A model generated the notes under the pieces. That model was not told the origin of the DNA. It ran no database searches and saw only the letters and a list, made by a program, of their open reading frames with translations. The position numbers and the translations under genes were made by a program. Of a stretch of 64,000 bases of DNA, positions 36,411-49,912 are shown piece after piece. This DNA comes from Botryllus schlosseri (lineage: Eukaryota), in contig CM119379.1 in NCBI GenBank assembly GCA_051294905.1, forward strand, positions 26,908,001 through 26,972,000, read 5' to 3'. Position 1 is the stretch's first letter; each line of letters begins with the position of its first letter.

Positions 36411-37636
36411 CAAGGATCGGCAACCTACGGCCAGCGGGCCGGATCCGGCCCGCCACGCGAAATCGTCCGGCCCGCGGCATCATAATTAGTTGTCTCAAGA
36501 ATACGGCCCGCCGTTTCTTGTTGAGTTTCAAACTTCAGTGCCAGCACTGTTTAGAAAAATTGTGGCATTGCTAAGAGAGAAGTACGTTGTACTACTCTAT
36601 TGTTACGACATAAAACTGATGCGTAGGCGGAATACTGGTATTATATCGTACTAAGCGCGGTGCAATATTGTCTGCAGAGTTAACGACAGTTGCCAAGAAC
36701 ATTGCTCTTCAACCGAGTGCGTACACCCAATAGTGTACCATATATTTTAAAGGGTGTATCATGTGCCACTCTGATGGGTTGTAGTTGTAGGCCTACCAGA
36801 TATCGCATATCATTCGGCCGATGACTAGCTATCACAACAATTTGCTACAGGTTGATATTTCAGAAGGGGTCGACTGGATGTATAATACGGTATAATGCTC
36901 CCAAGTGTACGCACTACGCAGCTTGTAAATTACATACTATTAGGCATGTCATTAATGGCTCCACTTGTTTGTAGTATTTGTGGTGTTTTCCGACTGCAAT
37001 GTCATTTACACCAGGCCGATATTCCTTATTTTGATTCTGTATAGATATGCCGACTTGTAGCACGGCCTACTAATTTAATTCCTGGATTTTTCTCAAGCTT
37101 TCCGAAATTCGTTATCTACGAAATAAATTCAGGCTATTCAGTACTCCGTTTGCCGTAAAAGTTAATACCATACCCACATAATTTCAAAATGATCTTATTG
37201 AAATCCAATTCAGTGACGAATTGAAGGAAAAATTCCGTACAAAGAGCATATCGCTACTTGACTTTTACAAAAAGTACCTCCATGAAAGTGGTCTTTATCC
37301 CAGCTTGACCAGCCATGCAAAAGAAACGAAGAGCAAACTAAGATCGCGCATTTCCGACGCCCATTTAGAAAATGTTCTGGTTCTTGCATCATCTGACTTG
37401 GTACCAGATGTTTAAAAAACTTTCAAAAAGCAAGCAGCATCAAGTTTCACAGTAATGCTGTGTTGCTGAAGTGTGAATATGCATTTGCTCTTTTTGTGTG
37501 ATTGGTATGGTTGAGATTGAGCAATGTAGCGTAATATACTGAAGTGAGTATGAATTGTAGTATGAAAAGTCCGGCCCGCCTGTGAGTTGTGCATTTGATA
37601 TTTGGCCCGCGACCAGCAAAAGGTTGCCGACCCCTG
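36411..37636 (+). mobile_element. hAT (SPIN/Buster-type) deletion derivative immediately 5' of COUP-TF
   Basis: TIRs caaggatcggcaacc / ggttgccgacccctg; perfect TSD CATTACAT; transposase C-terminal relic; SINE fragment at 36985-37075. Confidence 0.9.
37221..37455 (+). pseudogene. hAT transposase C-terminal relic (SPIN/GTF2IRD2-like)
   Basis: FYKKYL...YPSL...KSKLRSRISDAHLENVL...KQHQVSQ*; matches the Buster/SPIN C-terminal pattern. Confidence 0.75.
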
Positions 37637-37739
37637 CATTACATCATCACACACACACACATTTTACATAAAGCAAAGCGGACATACCAACTATAATTAA
37701 ACTTTAATCGACTGGTAATACAAAAAAATTGTTAACAGC

Positions 37740-38502
37740 TACCAATATCACACCTTGTATATGAAAGTTAAAAATTTGTCAAATTTACCATAAATCTAAA
37801 TTTACCGATAAGGAATAAAACACTTGCTCTTTACTTACTCCGAAAACGCTACTACTACTTTTTTCTTGAGTAGAAATTATAAAGTTACTTCCAGTGTTAC
37901 GTTTCAAGACTACTTTCATCGCTACTTCCACAGTAGTGTCGACAAAAAATCTGAACAAAAACTGTCATAAGCTCGCAATATCACATCTGTATATGAAAGT
38001 TGTTAAAATGTGTCAAATTACCCATAATCGAAATTTACCATCTAGGACTGCGATACTTACTTATTACTAACTCTGAAAACGCTACTACTTCTTGTACTCG
38101 AGTATAAATATATTACGTTACTTCCACCACGATAGGTCTTGCCTAATTGCGTGGAACTAAAATTTCACGCGAAAAAGATTGATCGCGTGCAGTATTCGCG
38201 AAATGCAATTCATGAAATAATTGTGATGTAAAATGAATATTAGTAGATCTATACAGAGACGGTGAGTAATGGAGTACTTTTTACCTTTTCTGAGTACACG
38301 AGTAGGATTTGCCCACTTGGGCCTGTTACTCAACTGCTCATGTTGTTAAACTACTTTCACTAATACGCAAAGAACAACGAACTTTAGACACTACGTCAAA
38401 TCAGATGCTTGAATCGAAGTACGTTATTACAAAGCGACAGTGTCGTCAAAAAAGTGAACGAGAATTATTATAAGCTTCCAATATCACACCTGTATATGAA
38501 AG
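37740..38502. repeat. Degenerate ~235-bp tandem duplication plus partial third unit
   Basis: caatatcaca(c/t)ctgtatatgaaag at ~37743, 37977 and 38479. Confidence 0.7.
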
Positions 38503-41264
38503 CGCCGTCGTTCTATATTTCATTATAGGCAAACCGGTCTGAGTAACATAATAATCTTTTTAACCAGCTTAAACGAACGACCCCTGTAGGCAAGTTTTGA
38601 AAGAAATTTAATTATTCTCCAGCAGTAAAACCGAGAGAATACCCTTTCCCACACACATTGAACGCAATATGTGAGATCGTTGTAGCGACATAATTCGATT
38701 ATCCACAGATATTGCGACACATTTGGTCAAGTTTCCATTTTAAGGGTTTGACAATATAGGGGTGGGTATAGTGATTCTAACGCTGAAATTATAGGACCCT
38801 GTCCACTAAGAGTTAATTTACCAACGAGAATGATATAGTTTCGATACTGGAAATGACAATTCTGCAAAGTCGTGATCAACCCACGGCATTGTTACAAATT
38901 TCGATGAAATATACGTAGGGCTAAAAAACGAATGGTATTTAATACGATGTAGAACTGGTATTATATTCTTTCTGGTTGCATAAAAGGTACATATTTGAAC
39001 TTAGCATATTATTCATACCGTGGTGACTTCGTAATGAATCGAATACTGGACTCGAAGCCTATTATACACGATTCAGAATCACTCAGGTACTCGATTTTGT
39101 ATAGCCCTAGTCGAAATTCTGCAGAGTTCAACTCAAATTATCAAGTTCTACTGTTTCCAAGTACAATGACGCATACCGCCGGTATTTTACTCCAAAAGTC
39201 GTCGTAATTTTCACACGAAAACTTTTTTGTAAATATTTGACGACACGCCACATGACGCATTCTTATCAAACAATCGATCGCGAAAAAGTCTTGAAATGCG
39301 TCGGACGGGGCGTAAAATAAAATCTTGCCGAGTTTACAACAAAATTCTCGATACCCGTAACACGTATTCAAATTTGAGTTATCTTTGTAGATGGAAACAA
39401 AAAACTAATCGGCTTGTTTCAAACTCGATTGCATCACCGCGTCGTGGCATCTAGACTTGTGCAACTGGACAATGATTGTTGCCCCATGAAACTAAATTTG
39501 AGTGAAAAGCAGGTAATTCTAGTTCCAATCTAATTTGTGATATGTTTCTATCCTCAGATTTAAATTCGACTCTAATTTCTGGTTTTCCTGAAAATGCTAC
39601 AGAAGAACTGTATAGTGCCAAACGAGTCAAGCTTGGTGTAAAGACATTTTCCATTCTCGTGCTAACGAGAATGATACTGATTTGATACGAATTGAACTGT
39701 ATTTAAATGTTCTAGTCGCACAACTGTGTTGTTTATAATATCAAAATTCGACTCCATTGGTCCGTAAATCTGATGCATTGTTGCTCCAACAATGCAATTA
39801 ACGCGCCCCAAAAAATGATGACGGAGAATGAGTTGATGTTTAATTTTCATTATTCAGTATCGAGAAAACTTGAAGGGCAGCCACGAAACTATACCACCTT
39901 TTTGCATGGCAATGCAATGCAAAGCAATTATAGCACGTACAGAAAACAACAACTATGACAGAGAATATACCCGTTGATGCTTAGTTTTCATTATTCAGAA
40001 TCGAGAAGACTTGAAAGGTATATGGACCCAAACTGCATCGCATTTTTGTAATGGTATTCAAAACATATGGCGCACATTCTTACCTATGCCACTATGCCGT
40101 GTGGACATCAGTGAGAATGTACGCTAGTTTGAGTCACAGGACTTGCAGTAACACTAATAGCACTACTTAAAACACATTAACAAGTACGATCTTGTTTACT
40201 TTCTCACTTTATTTAACGCCCACTTACGAATGAATATAACTTTATTCGTATCAGGTGTGAAAGCAACCAAGATCTTACTTCATATATATCGTCTGCTGTC
40301 GGCTTAGCAGAGTGGTCAACGTTAACGGTTGTAATATCAATAAGGCAGCGCCAAATTTCTCAATACATTGAAGTGCACAGTATAGTTGCTTTTGATTTGC
40401 ATACCTTTGGTCTCAGTTATATTTTGGGTTAACATTGATTTTCGAAAATGAATCTAAACATATTGAGTAGACCTTTATTGCTGGGATTCTCACGAATGGT
40501 GATGTCACAAATCAGATTATGACGTCACTCATGGTTGGCGTTAAAGTTAGCTTAAACTAAAGCGATCGGAGTTTAATTCCCCGCGCTACCAGCGATGACG
40601 CATTCTTATCGCGGCCAAAATCTCTCTAATTTCCGAGCGGCGCGCAGGAATTGTTTCAACCGGGTTTATTTATTTTTCAACTCGATAATCGCCAATCTTG
40701 TGTTCACGACAGCAGACACCGATCTGATAACGGAGCATTAAAATCGAATAAAGTATTTACAGAGAACGACCGGCCGATAAAAAGGGCAAATAGGTCCAAG
40801 CGGAATATGCGATACTGGGGGGCGATTACACGCGAAATCGGGGAATGGTAGCGTATACACTCGGTGATATTCGAGGTCTATTTGTCGAAGTGATAATCCA
40901 GTCTGTTTCAAGCGAAGTAACATCACCACGAGTTAAAATAAGCGCATTTGTTTCTAGAGGTTTCTATACACCGAGTTTTACCAATGATTGCTTTTACCCT
41001 CAGTCATTAATAGTTTTACGTGTTGGGTTTCGAGACACGTTTGATATCAACCTTCTTTGCTCTACGCGGGCCTAGGGCTAATAAATCTAGGCGTTACCAA
41101 TTCGTACTAAAGAGATTGTGCAGTAGCAAATATGCTCCACATCATCTGTAGTAGAGTCTACAAAATGGAGACGATAAGCCCAGATCGACCTCGCAGACCA
41201 AACGATAAGTGTATGCAATCTGTCTTTGATACTTTTTATATTTTGGGCTTTTGAGCTTCTGGGG

Positions 41265-41350
41265 TACAAAACTTCAATATAAAATTGGATAGTATTTTCA
41301 TATTGAAATGACGATTACCCATGTACATTTAAATATGAATATATTATTCC
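41265..41350. mobile_element. Internally deleted foldback copy of hammerhead repeat
   Basis: tacaaaacttcaatat..atagtattttcatattgaaat joined to gacgattaccc..atatgaatatattattc. Confidence 0.45.
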
Positions 41351-42109
41351 ATTGCCTTGTGTTCAGCACCCCAATGCAGTGATAATATAGTGCTATATTC
41401 GTAGTCTATGAATTAGTATTATGTCATTAAATATTATCATTATTATACGATTCTAAGTCAGTGCTCTACTGGTTGATGTCTCTTAGCAAAAGTGACGTTC
41501 CAAATTTCGTTTCAATCGTTTTTGTGAGTTGGTAATTCAAGGTTTTTAAATTCGTTCCCAGATACAACCTGATTACGGTCAGTTGATAATAATTAGGACC
41601 GAAACTCGGAATCGGCCTGCGGCTAAAATCCGGTTCTAAAATCGTTCTATGACTCGGCGACGAATTCTCTCGTGACTCATCAGCAGACTCATCGCGCATT
41701 ATTTGACTTCAAGTTGAAAATCGGATACATCATTCTTTATATGCAAGCTCAGCACAGAGTTCTCTTCGTTGTGAGCAAATAAAAAAAAAACATGAAAACT
41801 TTATATCCTACGCAAGGAATTCTTAGACCGTGTCACTTAAACAAGATACGAAGCTTGCGAACTCACCACGATATCGGAAAACGCTTTAGCTCCTCAGTGA
41901 TGCTCAGAGGTTTCAAGTTAAGTTCCCCGGTGCAATATCATGTTGCTTAAATTAATCTAATTTTAAAATCTTCACAAATTCAACAACGATCTGTCAAAAT
42001 ACAACAGTTTTTAAGACACAATAAAACGTCCCGGAAAATATGATGCTAAGCCAATCGTTTTCAACTCCTGACTGTCTTGCGAGTTGGTTTAGTCAATTAG
42101 CATCCCAGT

Positions 42110-42245
42110 TTAATCTAATCGAATATATTCATATTGAAACAAACCCGACTATTTCAAGCTGGCACTCGTCAGGGGTAATCGTCAGGGACTAGTAGACAAA
42201 TGAAAAGATCTTTGTATATCAACAATCGTATCACCAAATAATCCA
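42110..42245 (-). mobile_element. Hammerhead-repeat subfamily 1 copy (degenerate helix II/III)
   Basis: minus strand acccCTGACGAgtgccagcttGAAAtagTCgggtt. Confidence 0.65.
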
Positions 42246-42861
42246 AGTTTGCATATATGGCTTGATTTATTGGTGGGGTGGAGAGCTCGTTCATTCCTTA
42301 GCATCTGATGAGTGGATAACTTGTCCGCATCGATTGATTCACCATCACACGATAAAGCCGACAGTACAAAATTTATTGAGATTTATCATCATTACAACAA
42401 ACGACAGACAGTCCGTCTCCTGGCACTGTAAAATATGTTGCAAGATAACGAAAACTATCATCGCTCCCCTAAAGTTATGTCATCAACTTTTCGCTACAAC
42501 CTCCGTTTTGAGATCAATCTCTACGTTGCGCTGTACGTCAGAAGACTTGATTGATGGCGTACTTGATTTTACACGGCTCTTATGCCCCAACATCCAGGCA
42601 GCAGCTTCCAACACCTCGGTCGAGTCTAGATCAGTGGCTGCCTCTCGCACGCGAACCGACTCGACTAACAAGCGGCTTCACGCCGATGTGAATATCAGAC
42701 TCCGCTGCTTCGAGAGAGCCTTCGTAACTCATCAAGTGTACGCGCAGGCTGATCGCGAGAACGGATTAAACCTAAATCGGTTTCCGAACCAGAGAAGTTC
42801 GTTAACGCTTTGCGAAAAGAAGGAGAAATCACACCGTTTTTCGCCAGCAGTCTATATTTAC

Positions 42862-43740
42862 GCTTTGTGGGAGTTCTAGTGCCCTCGTCAACACGACAAT
42901 GGTCTCAATGTCAAAGCCAAGCATCGGAGCACGAATGAAAACGTGTTAAGGGTCGTTATAGTACCGGTATGCGATGTTTGAGGTACACAGCCTACAGAAA
43001 TATCTGCAAGACTAAACCATACAGCGAAACGGTTTCCATTCACAATTTTCACCAACATTACGCTTTGTGTGAGTTATAGTGCCCTCGTCGATACAAGAAT
43101 GATCTCAATGTCAAAATCAAACATCGTAGCACGAACGGAAATGTGTTAAGGATCGTTATAGTGCCGTTATAAAATATGTTCAAGGTACACAGCCCACAGA
43201 AAGGTCTTTATGACTAAACCATATAACGTCGAAACGGCTTGCATTCACACTGTCACAGTTTTTCACCGACAATCTGCATTTCCGCTTTGTGAGAGTTCCG
43301 GTGCCCTCGTTGACACGAGAATGGTCCCAATGTCAAAGTCATGTATCGTAGCACGAATGGAAACGTGTAAATAATTGTTACGGTAGCGGTATCTCCTGAT
43401 CAATGGACAGTACATAGGCCACAAAAAGGACTTTAAGATCAAACCATACAACGTGAAAGGGGCTTGTACTGTATCATTATATATATATCCATGTATCGTA
43501 TAGCACGTATGGAAATGTGAGAAGGATCGATGCGGCACCGGTACCGGTATGCGATGTACAAGACACAAAACCCAAAGAAAGGTGTTCAAGGCTAAACCAT
43601 ACAAAGACGAAAGGCCGCGTACTTTATTATTATGTAGGGCTTGCATGCATTGTATGCGGTAGGATCGCTACAGTACCGGTATGCTATTTTCATGATGCAC
43701 AGCCCGAAGAAAGGTCTTCAAGACTATATCATTCACAGAG
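42862..43740. repeat. Degenerate tandem array, ~200-220 bp units (3 full, 2 partial)
   Basis: gtgccctcgt recurs at ~42880, 43080 and 43301; gactaaaccata/ggtatgcgatg motifs recur. Confidence 0.8.
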
Positions 43741-45579
43741 TGGTGAATATGTATGTTATCTCTCTTGAAATATAACAGAAAAGGACAACGATAATGTATG
43801 CCACACAAGGAATTGATTGGAGCCAACGATCTGCGGCGAGCCATCTTTCATGCGTTTGTACTGAGAGGTCGAAGGCTACCGACAGGCTAACAAATCATCG
43901 CGTCAATAACAAGACCCGAGATGGCACATTCAACACCTTTCCGCGACCTTTGATCCCCAAACCATAAAGCTCACAATAAATTTCAAAACAATCATCTTCA
44001 GCGCTACTGCTGCGTGCGGTAGCATACAAAAGGGCGAGCAGTTAACGCCTTAAAACGCGGCCAAGCTGTCGCGCGAGACAGCCGATTAAAGGACCTGCGT
44101 ATCGAGACGTAACAAAGAAAGTCACCGTAACAATGGCACTGAAAACGATTTCAAAACAACGGTGCTAGCCGGGGTGTGAATAGATTTGATGGATAAACTA
44201 TTTATGATAAATAAATACGCAACAATGATGATCACAATCGTCGATCATTGTGGCGGGGCGGGGGAAGATTTATCAACCGTGTTCGCTGAAATGGAGCTAT
44301 ACCCCTATCGCAAGTCGGATTAGAAAATGCTCAGCTTATCCAAGCTAGATTACAATTATAGCTCACAGTGTTGTTCATTTTCAATTAGAATACAATTGTG
44401 CAATTACTGAATTCGGAAAAACTTGGAAATTGGATTAAATACCGGGATATAGAATGAAAAGCAACACATTTCAAGTTCAGTTAATGTCAAATACAGAGAA
44501 ATGAACTTATAGTAATGATCGACACGATCGTCGATTGCAACTAGTCTGATTGCACCGGCATCAAACAAGTACACTGTCTCTATATGTAAAATATAAAATG
44601 GAAGGCATGGCTTGGATAAATACGGTATCAGTGTTCACTGTTCAGTGTTCATAGAACGATAGGACATACTCATGCGAGTGTTTTCTGGGTCTATTATACG
44701 CCAATCCACGGATCTATTGCGTCATTTATTCCAAGTTATAAGTCCTTAGCAGTCAATAGATTTCTCAGTTACGCGAAAGCCGATAGTTGTATTTGGGAGA
44801 CAGTTTGCAGCCTGGTGTCTTGAAGACATCCTGTACGCCAAACAAATAGTTTGTCGAAGGAATCAACGCGATTAGCAGTCGGCCTGAGAAGGCAATCGGT
44901 TCCGTGCACGCGTGGAAACGAATCCCAATTTCTACGAGGGTCACTTGAGATCGTAGCTAGTTTGAAACAAAGCCGTTTACCATCAACATTGAAAACGTAA
45001 TCCCGGGAGAGCGCTGCCACAAGAGAGTGCTTCATCGCACTTGAAATCCGGGCGTTCCAACGCGTAGATGCCTCGCGCTGTGCTGACTACATGCGACAAT
45101 GTCAAGGTCACATACAGCGCTCGAAGGTCAGACCAATATTATGTGAATGGGTTAAAACGTTCGCCCGACGCGTACGTGCGCCATGGATCACACTTTGTCA
45201 AATAATTTCAAGCAGAATTGTGCAAACTATACTGGATATTGTAGATGTGCAACTAGAACTAGAACCACTCACTATACAAATCTAGTAACTAGAACTGGAA
45301 CTAACGAACTAGATTCAATCCCGAATGCATAATTTAACTATAGTGAGTTCTTGATGAGTCCAAATTTGGCCAAAATATGATTTTAATGTCAAAAACTGAG
45401 CTATGGATCATACTTTATCGAATTGTTTCTTTGCTATCCACTAGCACACTCATTGTCATTGTCAATATAATACAATAGTGTCTCAATAATAGTCAAATAT
45501 TAGTCTCAATAGTTGCAAGACGACGCCATTTTGCCATGCATAACGACACTCGCTCTCAATTCAATACGATAAAGTCCCA

Positions 45580-45834
45580 GCAGATAGCGTAGTGGTATGA
45601 TCCACAACTGCAACACCAATATAGGTTGTGGGTTCGAGTCCAGAATCACTTCCCAGGTGTTGGAGGTTTATCTAGGCTCCTCCTCGCCACCAAATCCGCG
45701 TATAAGCGATATCTTAAAAAAGCCTAGAAGTGGGTAGTGCTAGTCGGCAGATACGGAATCAAAATAAAGAATATCGGCCTGGTGTAAATGACCATTGTAG
45801 TCGAAAGAACCATGAATACCACAAACAAGTCCCA
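45580..45834 (+). mobile_element. tRNA-derived SINE, full length
   Basis: Pol III A box TAGCGTAGTGG (45585) and B box GGTTCGAGTCC (45631); body shared with other copies. Confidence 0.8.
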
Positions 45835-46838
45835 ACATTAGTCACAATATAACATATGATATATTCGCTATGCATTTTCGGTGAAACGACATCTCTGCGA
45901 GTTAGTGATCGATCCACAGGGCGCTATATGATATAATCAAGAAATACGAAATTATTTTTGATGGCGCAACAAAGATCTATCTTCATATACTTTCCCGGTC
46001 ATCGAAGCTGATCGATTTTTCACAAACTGTTTTCGTTTATAAATTGGGAATTGGCTTCATGATAAAATTGTCATGGCTTGCATTTCCGGAGAATTTCACA
46101 AAATGCTACTTGAAAATCACTCGACTGTTATGTTACACCCCGCGGTTCGCGAGCATATGAAAAATAGCGAAACGACCAAAAAATACGATTATATACGAGT
46201 CGTGAAATATTCGCGATTGCTGACTTTGGCCGCGAAATAGTTGGAATCTTCCCGAAAACTTTCGAGATCTGCTTCTTTTAACATAAAATAGACAACTCTA
46301 TATGGAAAGGTACCGAATGTGCGTCCCTACCCCCACCATGATATCGGGCTGTCTGCAGCCGGTTTGAAGAAGCCAGCAAAGACACGGTCATTAGCGCTGA
46401 CTAGCACTATGGTTACTTTGCATGCTACAGGCGCGGTGCGAGAGTGAACCGCTAAAAGGCGTGTTTTCACGTTTAAATTGTAATCGAGCTGTCAAAGACG
46501 GGGGTTTGTTACGGTTCGAAGCTAGGCCGTCAACCGTTCACCCTGCACTCAATTTTGTGCCTTTGCGTATTAAGATCGACCAGACGACGCCGATCTTGCT
46601 TCTTAGAGCGAGTTCTACATGTTACGGTTTAGTCGGTTTACATTCGAGAGTCTCTGAACTTCATCGAGTCAAAAACTGCGTAAATACTAAACAACCCTAA
46701 ACATTACAGGACGATATGATCGAATATATCGACCTCGCCCAAAGACACATGCAACTTCATTTTCACCGCTTTTCGTTTTATACTTTTCTTTATTAATTTC
46801 TATTCATTGTGTATGCCTCTTATTTACATGCACTAGGC

Positions 46839-47066
46839 CAGGGTTTCACATCAGGCCAATGCAGAGATGCAGAAATGAAACTACATTATCCTTTTCAGAG
46901 CATCTGTCCTTATATTTTATTTACCAATTCATTTGGCAGAGCTCACCCACAGGTTACAAGCGGAAGTTATGAACGGTCTCATTTCCGAAATTTGCGGCTA
47001 TAGGGGTTCGCGCATCCATCCGAAAAAATGTAGAGGCCCGTGCTAAAAAATCGGCTAAGAAACACT
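46839..47066. mobile_element. hAT MITE inserted at the family-E hotspot
   Basis: cagggtttc ... aagaaacact; TSD cactaggc/ctcgaggt degenerate; family-E sequence on both sides. Confidence 0.55.
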
Positions 47067-47114
47067 CTCGAGGTCAATGATGTTGTGTATTGAAGAGGTA
47101 CTCCAGGTCGTTTC

Positions 47115-47568
47115 TGGGCCTGGGTAAAATCGAATGAGTGATTTATTAAATTCTGAATCGAATAGTAGGCGTCAAGTCGAGAATTCGAATATTCCTCATA
47201 ATGACGTCACATCAGTATATATGATGTAGAAAATTATAGGTTATTTGGTGTTTTTTCGACCATATGCCTATTTCATTTTGTGCCAATGCCATGGCCTCAT
47301 TACGACTTCACAGATATCACATTTACGCTAACGTGCGTGGTAGCTTTGTATCACTATTTCGTAAGCTGCGTTACCATCAATCGAGGTTTACAGCCTTCTA
47401 CAGCGAAAATTGTATCCAAACTATAATTCTTGTAAATATATAAACTCATAGTAGCACAGACTGTATAATTTCAGTACTCGAAAAAATGATCTCTCGCTAT
47501 TCGAATCGAATCGTTAGAATTATTACTCGAGTCAGATGCTAGTTTTCGAATCATTTTTCCCAGACCTA
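47115..47568. mobile_element. hAT MITE family F (actcga subterminal repeats) nested in family E
   Basis: tgggcctgggtaaaatcga ... tttttcccagaccta; perfect TSD GTCGTTTC; relatives at 13440-13790, 52237-52870, 53704-54172, 57216-57650. Confidence 0.85.
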
Positions 47569-48633
47569 GTCGTTTCGATACCCTCCTATCTTCGCATTAT
47601 ACCGTAATCTTGTGGTGTTTTTATCTTTCGGAAATTTCAGTAAATGACTGACTGACTCACTCATTGACGAACGGACCAACAGAGTACACTTCGCGACACA
47701 TTCTCTTTCGCGGCCGAAAACTGAATATAGACAAAAGCTCTGCATGCATACGAACATCGTCTTCACCTGCTCGTGATTTCATCCGATGAGACTTTCATAA
47801 AACAATCCGCACTTTACATAACAGAACGATTGTGATTTTAAAAAATTCTCCACCTGAGTTGCTTCGCGTGTTTATAAAACAAGGCTGTATCGAATAACGT
47901 GCCTCGATTCCCGTGATAGATTCGCGTCGATACTGCAGGCTCCGCGCCGATAAGAGAATGTCGTTTTGACAGATGGAAGCAGACGTATGCGGTAACGCAA
48001 GCATATGCAGACGGGGTCAATGTTGGGGTCGCAGCGAGGTGCTAAGCCCCAGCAGTGTACTGTGAGGATGACGGATCGGAATCGTTCACTCAGCCCCAGT
48101 CGGGATATACAAGAGCTTGTCACGACCAGAGGGGGTCGAAGAATAGTTTGAATTGCTACTCAAGTAGAAGTCAGATGTAATTAACGGTCAAGATCACGTC
48201 ATTGTACTCAAGTACAAGTAGAAGTAACGTAAGAATTTCTGCTGGATTGAAAGTAGAAATAGCAAACTACTTCAAGTGTACGTAGAAAATATAAGGTATG
48301 GAAAGTACTCGAGTGGGTTTCTTGTTTCAAAAAAGTCGCGAATTCAGGCACGAGCAGAAAAACTCGCCAATGCCAAAAAAATACGGGAGAAGAATGGGGG
48401 CTCTTTCTTCGCAGAGTTACGCGTGAATTTGTTGATTCTGACGCCTAACGGTGAAAATATACATGCAGATTCCACTGAATGAATACTAGTCAGCGTTCGA
48501 GATTATAGATGACAACGATATATCGACCTCGCGTACCTGCACATGCCACTTCATTTCATAACTTGTCTTTTTATGTTATCTTCTTTTACATCTTATCCAG
48601 GATACATGAGAGTTGTATTTACATGTTCTAGGC

Positions 48634-48963
48634 CAGCGGTTCTTATTCTTTGCTAACCCGGCGAAGCCTTGCGCTAATCTGCGAGCCTTCGGCGAACCCC
48701 AAATTTCCGGCTAGTCACAAGAAAAATATATCAAATTATACACATCTAATACATTACCGGTGCACAAAATGAACTGTGTATCAACAGCAGCGTTAAAGGA
48801 ACAAACCCATTACAACATTATCGATTCCAAGCAAAACAAAAAGATGATAATGAATATTTACTGCGAATCAATGTGATGTGACTATACGTCTGTTTCAGTC
48901 GGGTGGTGTCTCGACCTCAAACGAACCCCTGAGACTTGGGTGAACCCCGGTTAAGGACAATGG
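48634..48963. mobile_element. hAT (Buster-type) MITE at the family-E hotspot
   Basis: cagcggttctt ... ggttaaggacaatgg; left TSD ttctaggc; relatives at 12730-12950, 61961 and 63050. Confidence 0.7.
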
Positions 48964-49811
48964 CCCTGGGTCAAGGTGGGTGTCTGATTTCAAACACTAC
49001 TCCAAAACGTATCAATACCCTCCTATCTTTTCATTTGAACGCAATTTCGTGGTATTATGACATGATAGAATTATTAAAAGCTAATAATAAACCGAACTAA
49101 ACTGAATATCTAGACCGGCACTAGCGCCTTCTATCCTGACGACCTCATGCAACTAACTGGGGGATCGGACTTTTGATTATGGAGTAAGACAATCTCCCCG
49201 AATCGAAATTCTAATGCAACAAAACCCAACGTCTGCAAACGTAAACTGACACAGACAGCTTACATTTTGACACAGACCTCCCTACAGGAATTTCCTTTGT
49301 GACGCAGCACCGTACACCGTGTAATTATGATACAACAATCGACCCTCGGCCTGGCGACAGCGTCATTGTTGTGAAACGGGCTTTTCTGCTGTAATTGTAA
49401 AGGAACAATGCAATGAAATATGATTATTTAGCTTTATGAAATATGAATATGATTTTATTGTCTCGTAAAAGAGTACTGATTGTTGTCAGTCTCCTTCAAA
49501 TATAAATAGATTTCGTGTCCCTGAGTTAATTAGGCCACACTTCGGGTATCGATGTTACATTACGTTACTTTATTGATCGAGTAAATTTTGCAGATCATCT
49601 CAACGGCAAATTGTGGTGAGATCACAATGTCACGCGTAAAATCATAACCGTTATATTTGCATTGCATTCCACCTGCAGTAGCTCTAGATCTAGAACTATG
49701 CAATCCGCGTTTTATAGATATCGTCATTTGGAGAGAATCTTGGACTTCAGGACTTCAGTATACGATCGATTACTAAATACATACTTGAAATTGCATGTGG
49801 TGTCAAGTCAA

Positions 49812-49912
49812 CAATGTTCTTTTCAATTCTCTGCTAGTTGCCGACGATTTCCCCTGACAAGTGCCAGCCTAAAATATTCATGTTTATTTCAATGTGAATA
49901 TATTATTCAATT
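49812..49912 (+). mobile_element. Hammerhead-repeat subfamily 1 copy (core mutated)
   Basis: caatgttcttttcaattctctgctagttgccgacgatttcccctgacaagtgccagcctaaaatattc. Confidence 0.6.

Noticed and set aside
40534-40592. tRNA-like string ending gcgctacca; also an isolated B box at ~62945-62960 (minus)
   Set aside because: No complete cloverleaf and degenerate T-loop or A box; at most SINE-head remnants
41650-41690. Minus-strand CTGATGAgtcacGAGAgaattcGTC hammerhead-like string
   Set aside because: GAAA is GAGA and helix I cannot pair (G/G at the first position); chance or too decayed to call
42483-42671. LGH motif suggesting a tyrosine recombinase (Crypton/DIRS)
   Set aside because: No HxxR box or catalytic Tyr at the expected spacing; frame flanked by stops
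42862-43740. Tandem array as a CRISPR array or retrozyme array; ORFs 43263-43646 and 43517-43768
   Set aside because: Eukaryotic context, long degenerate units without unique spacers, no hammerhead core in the units; ORFs are repeat by-products
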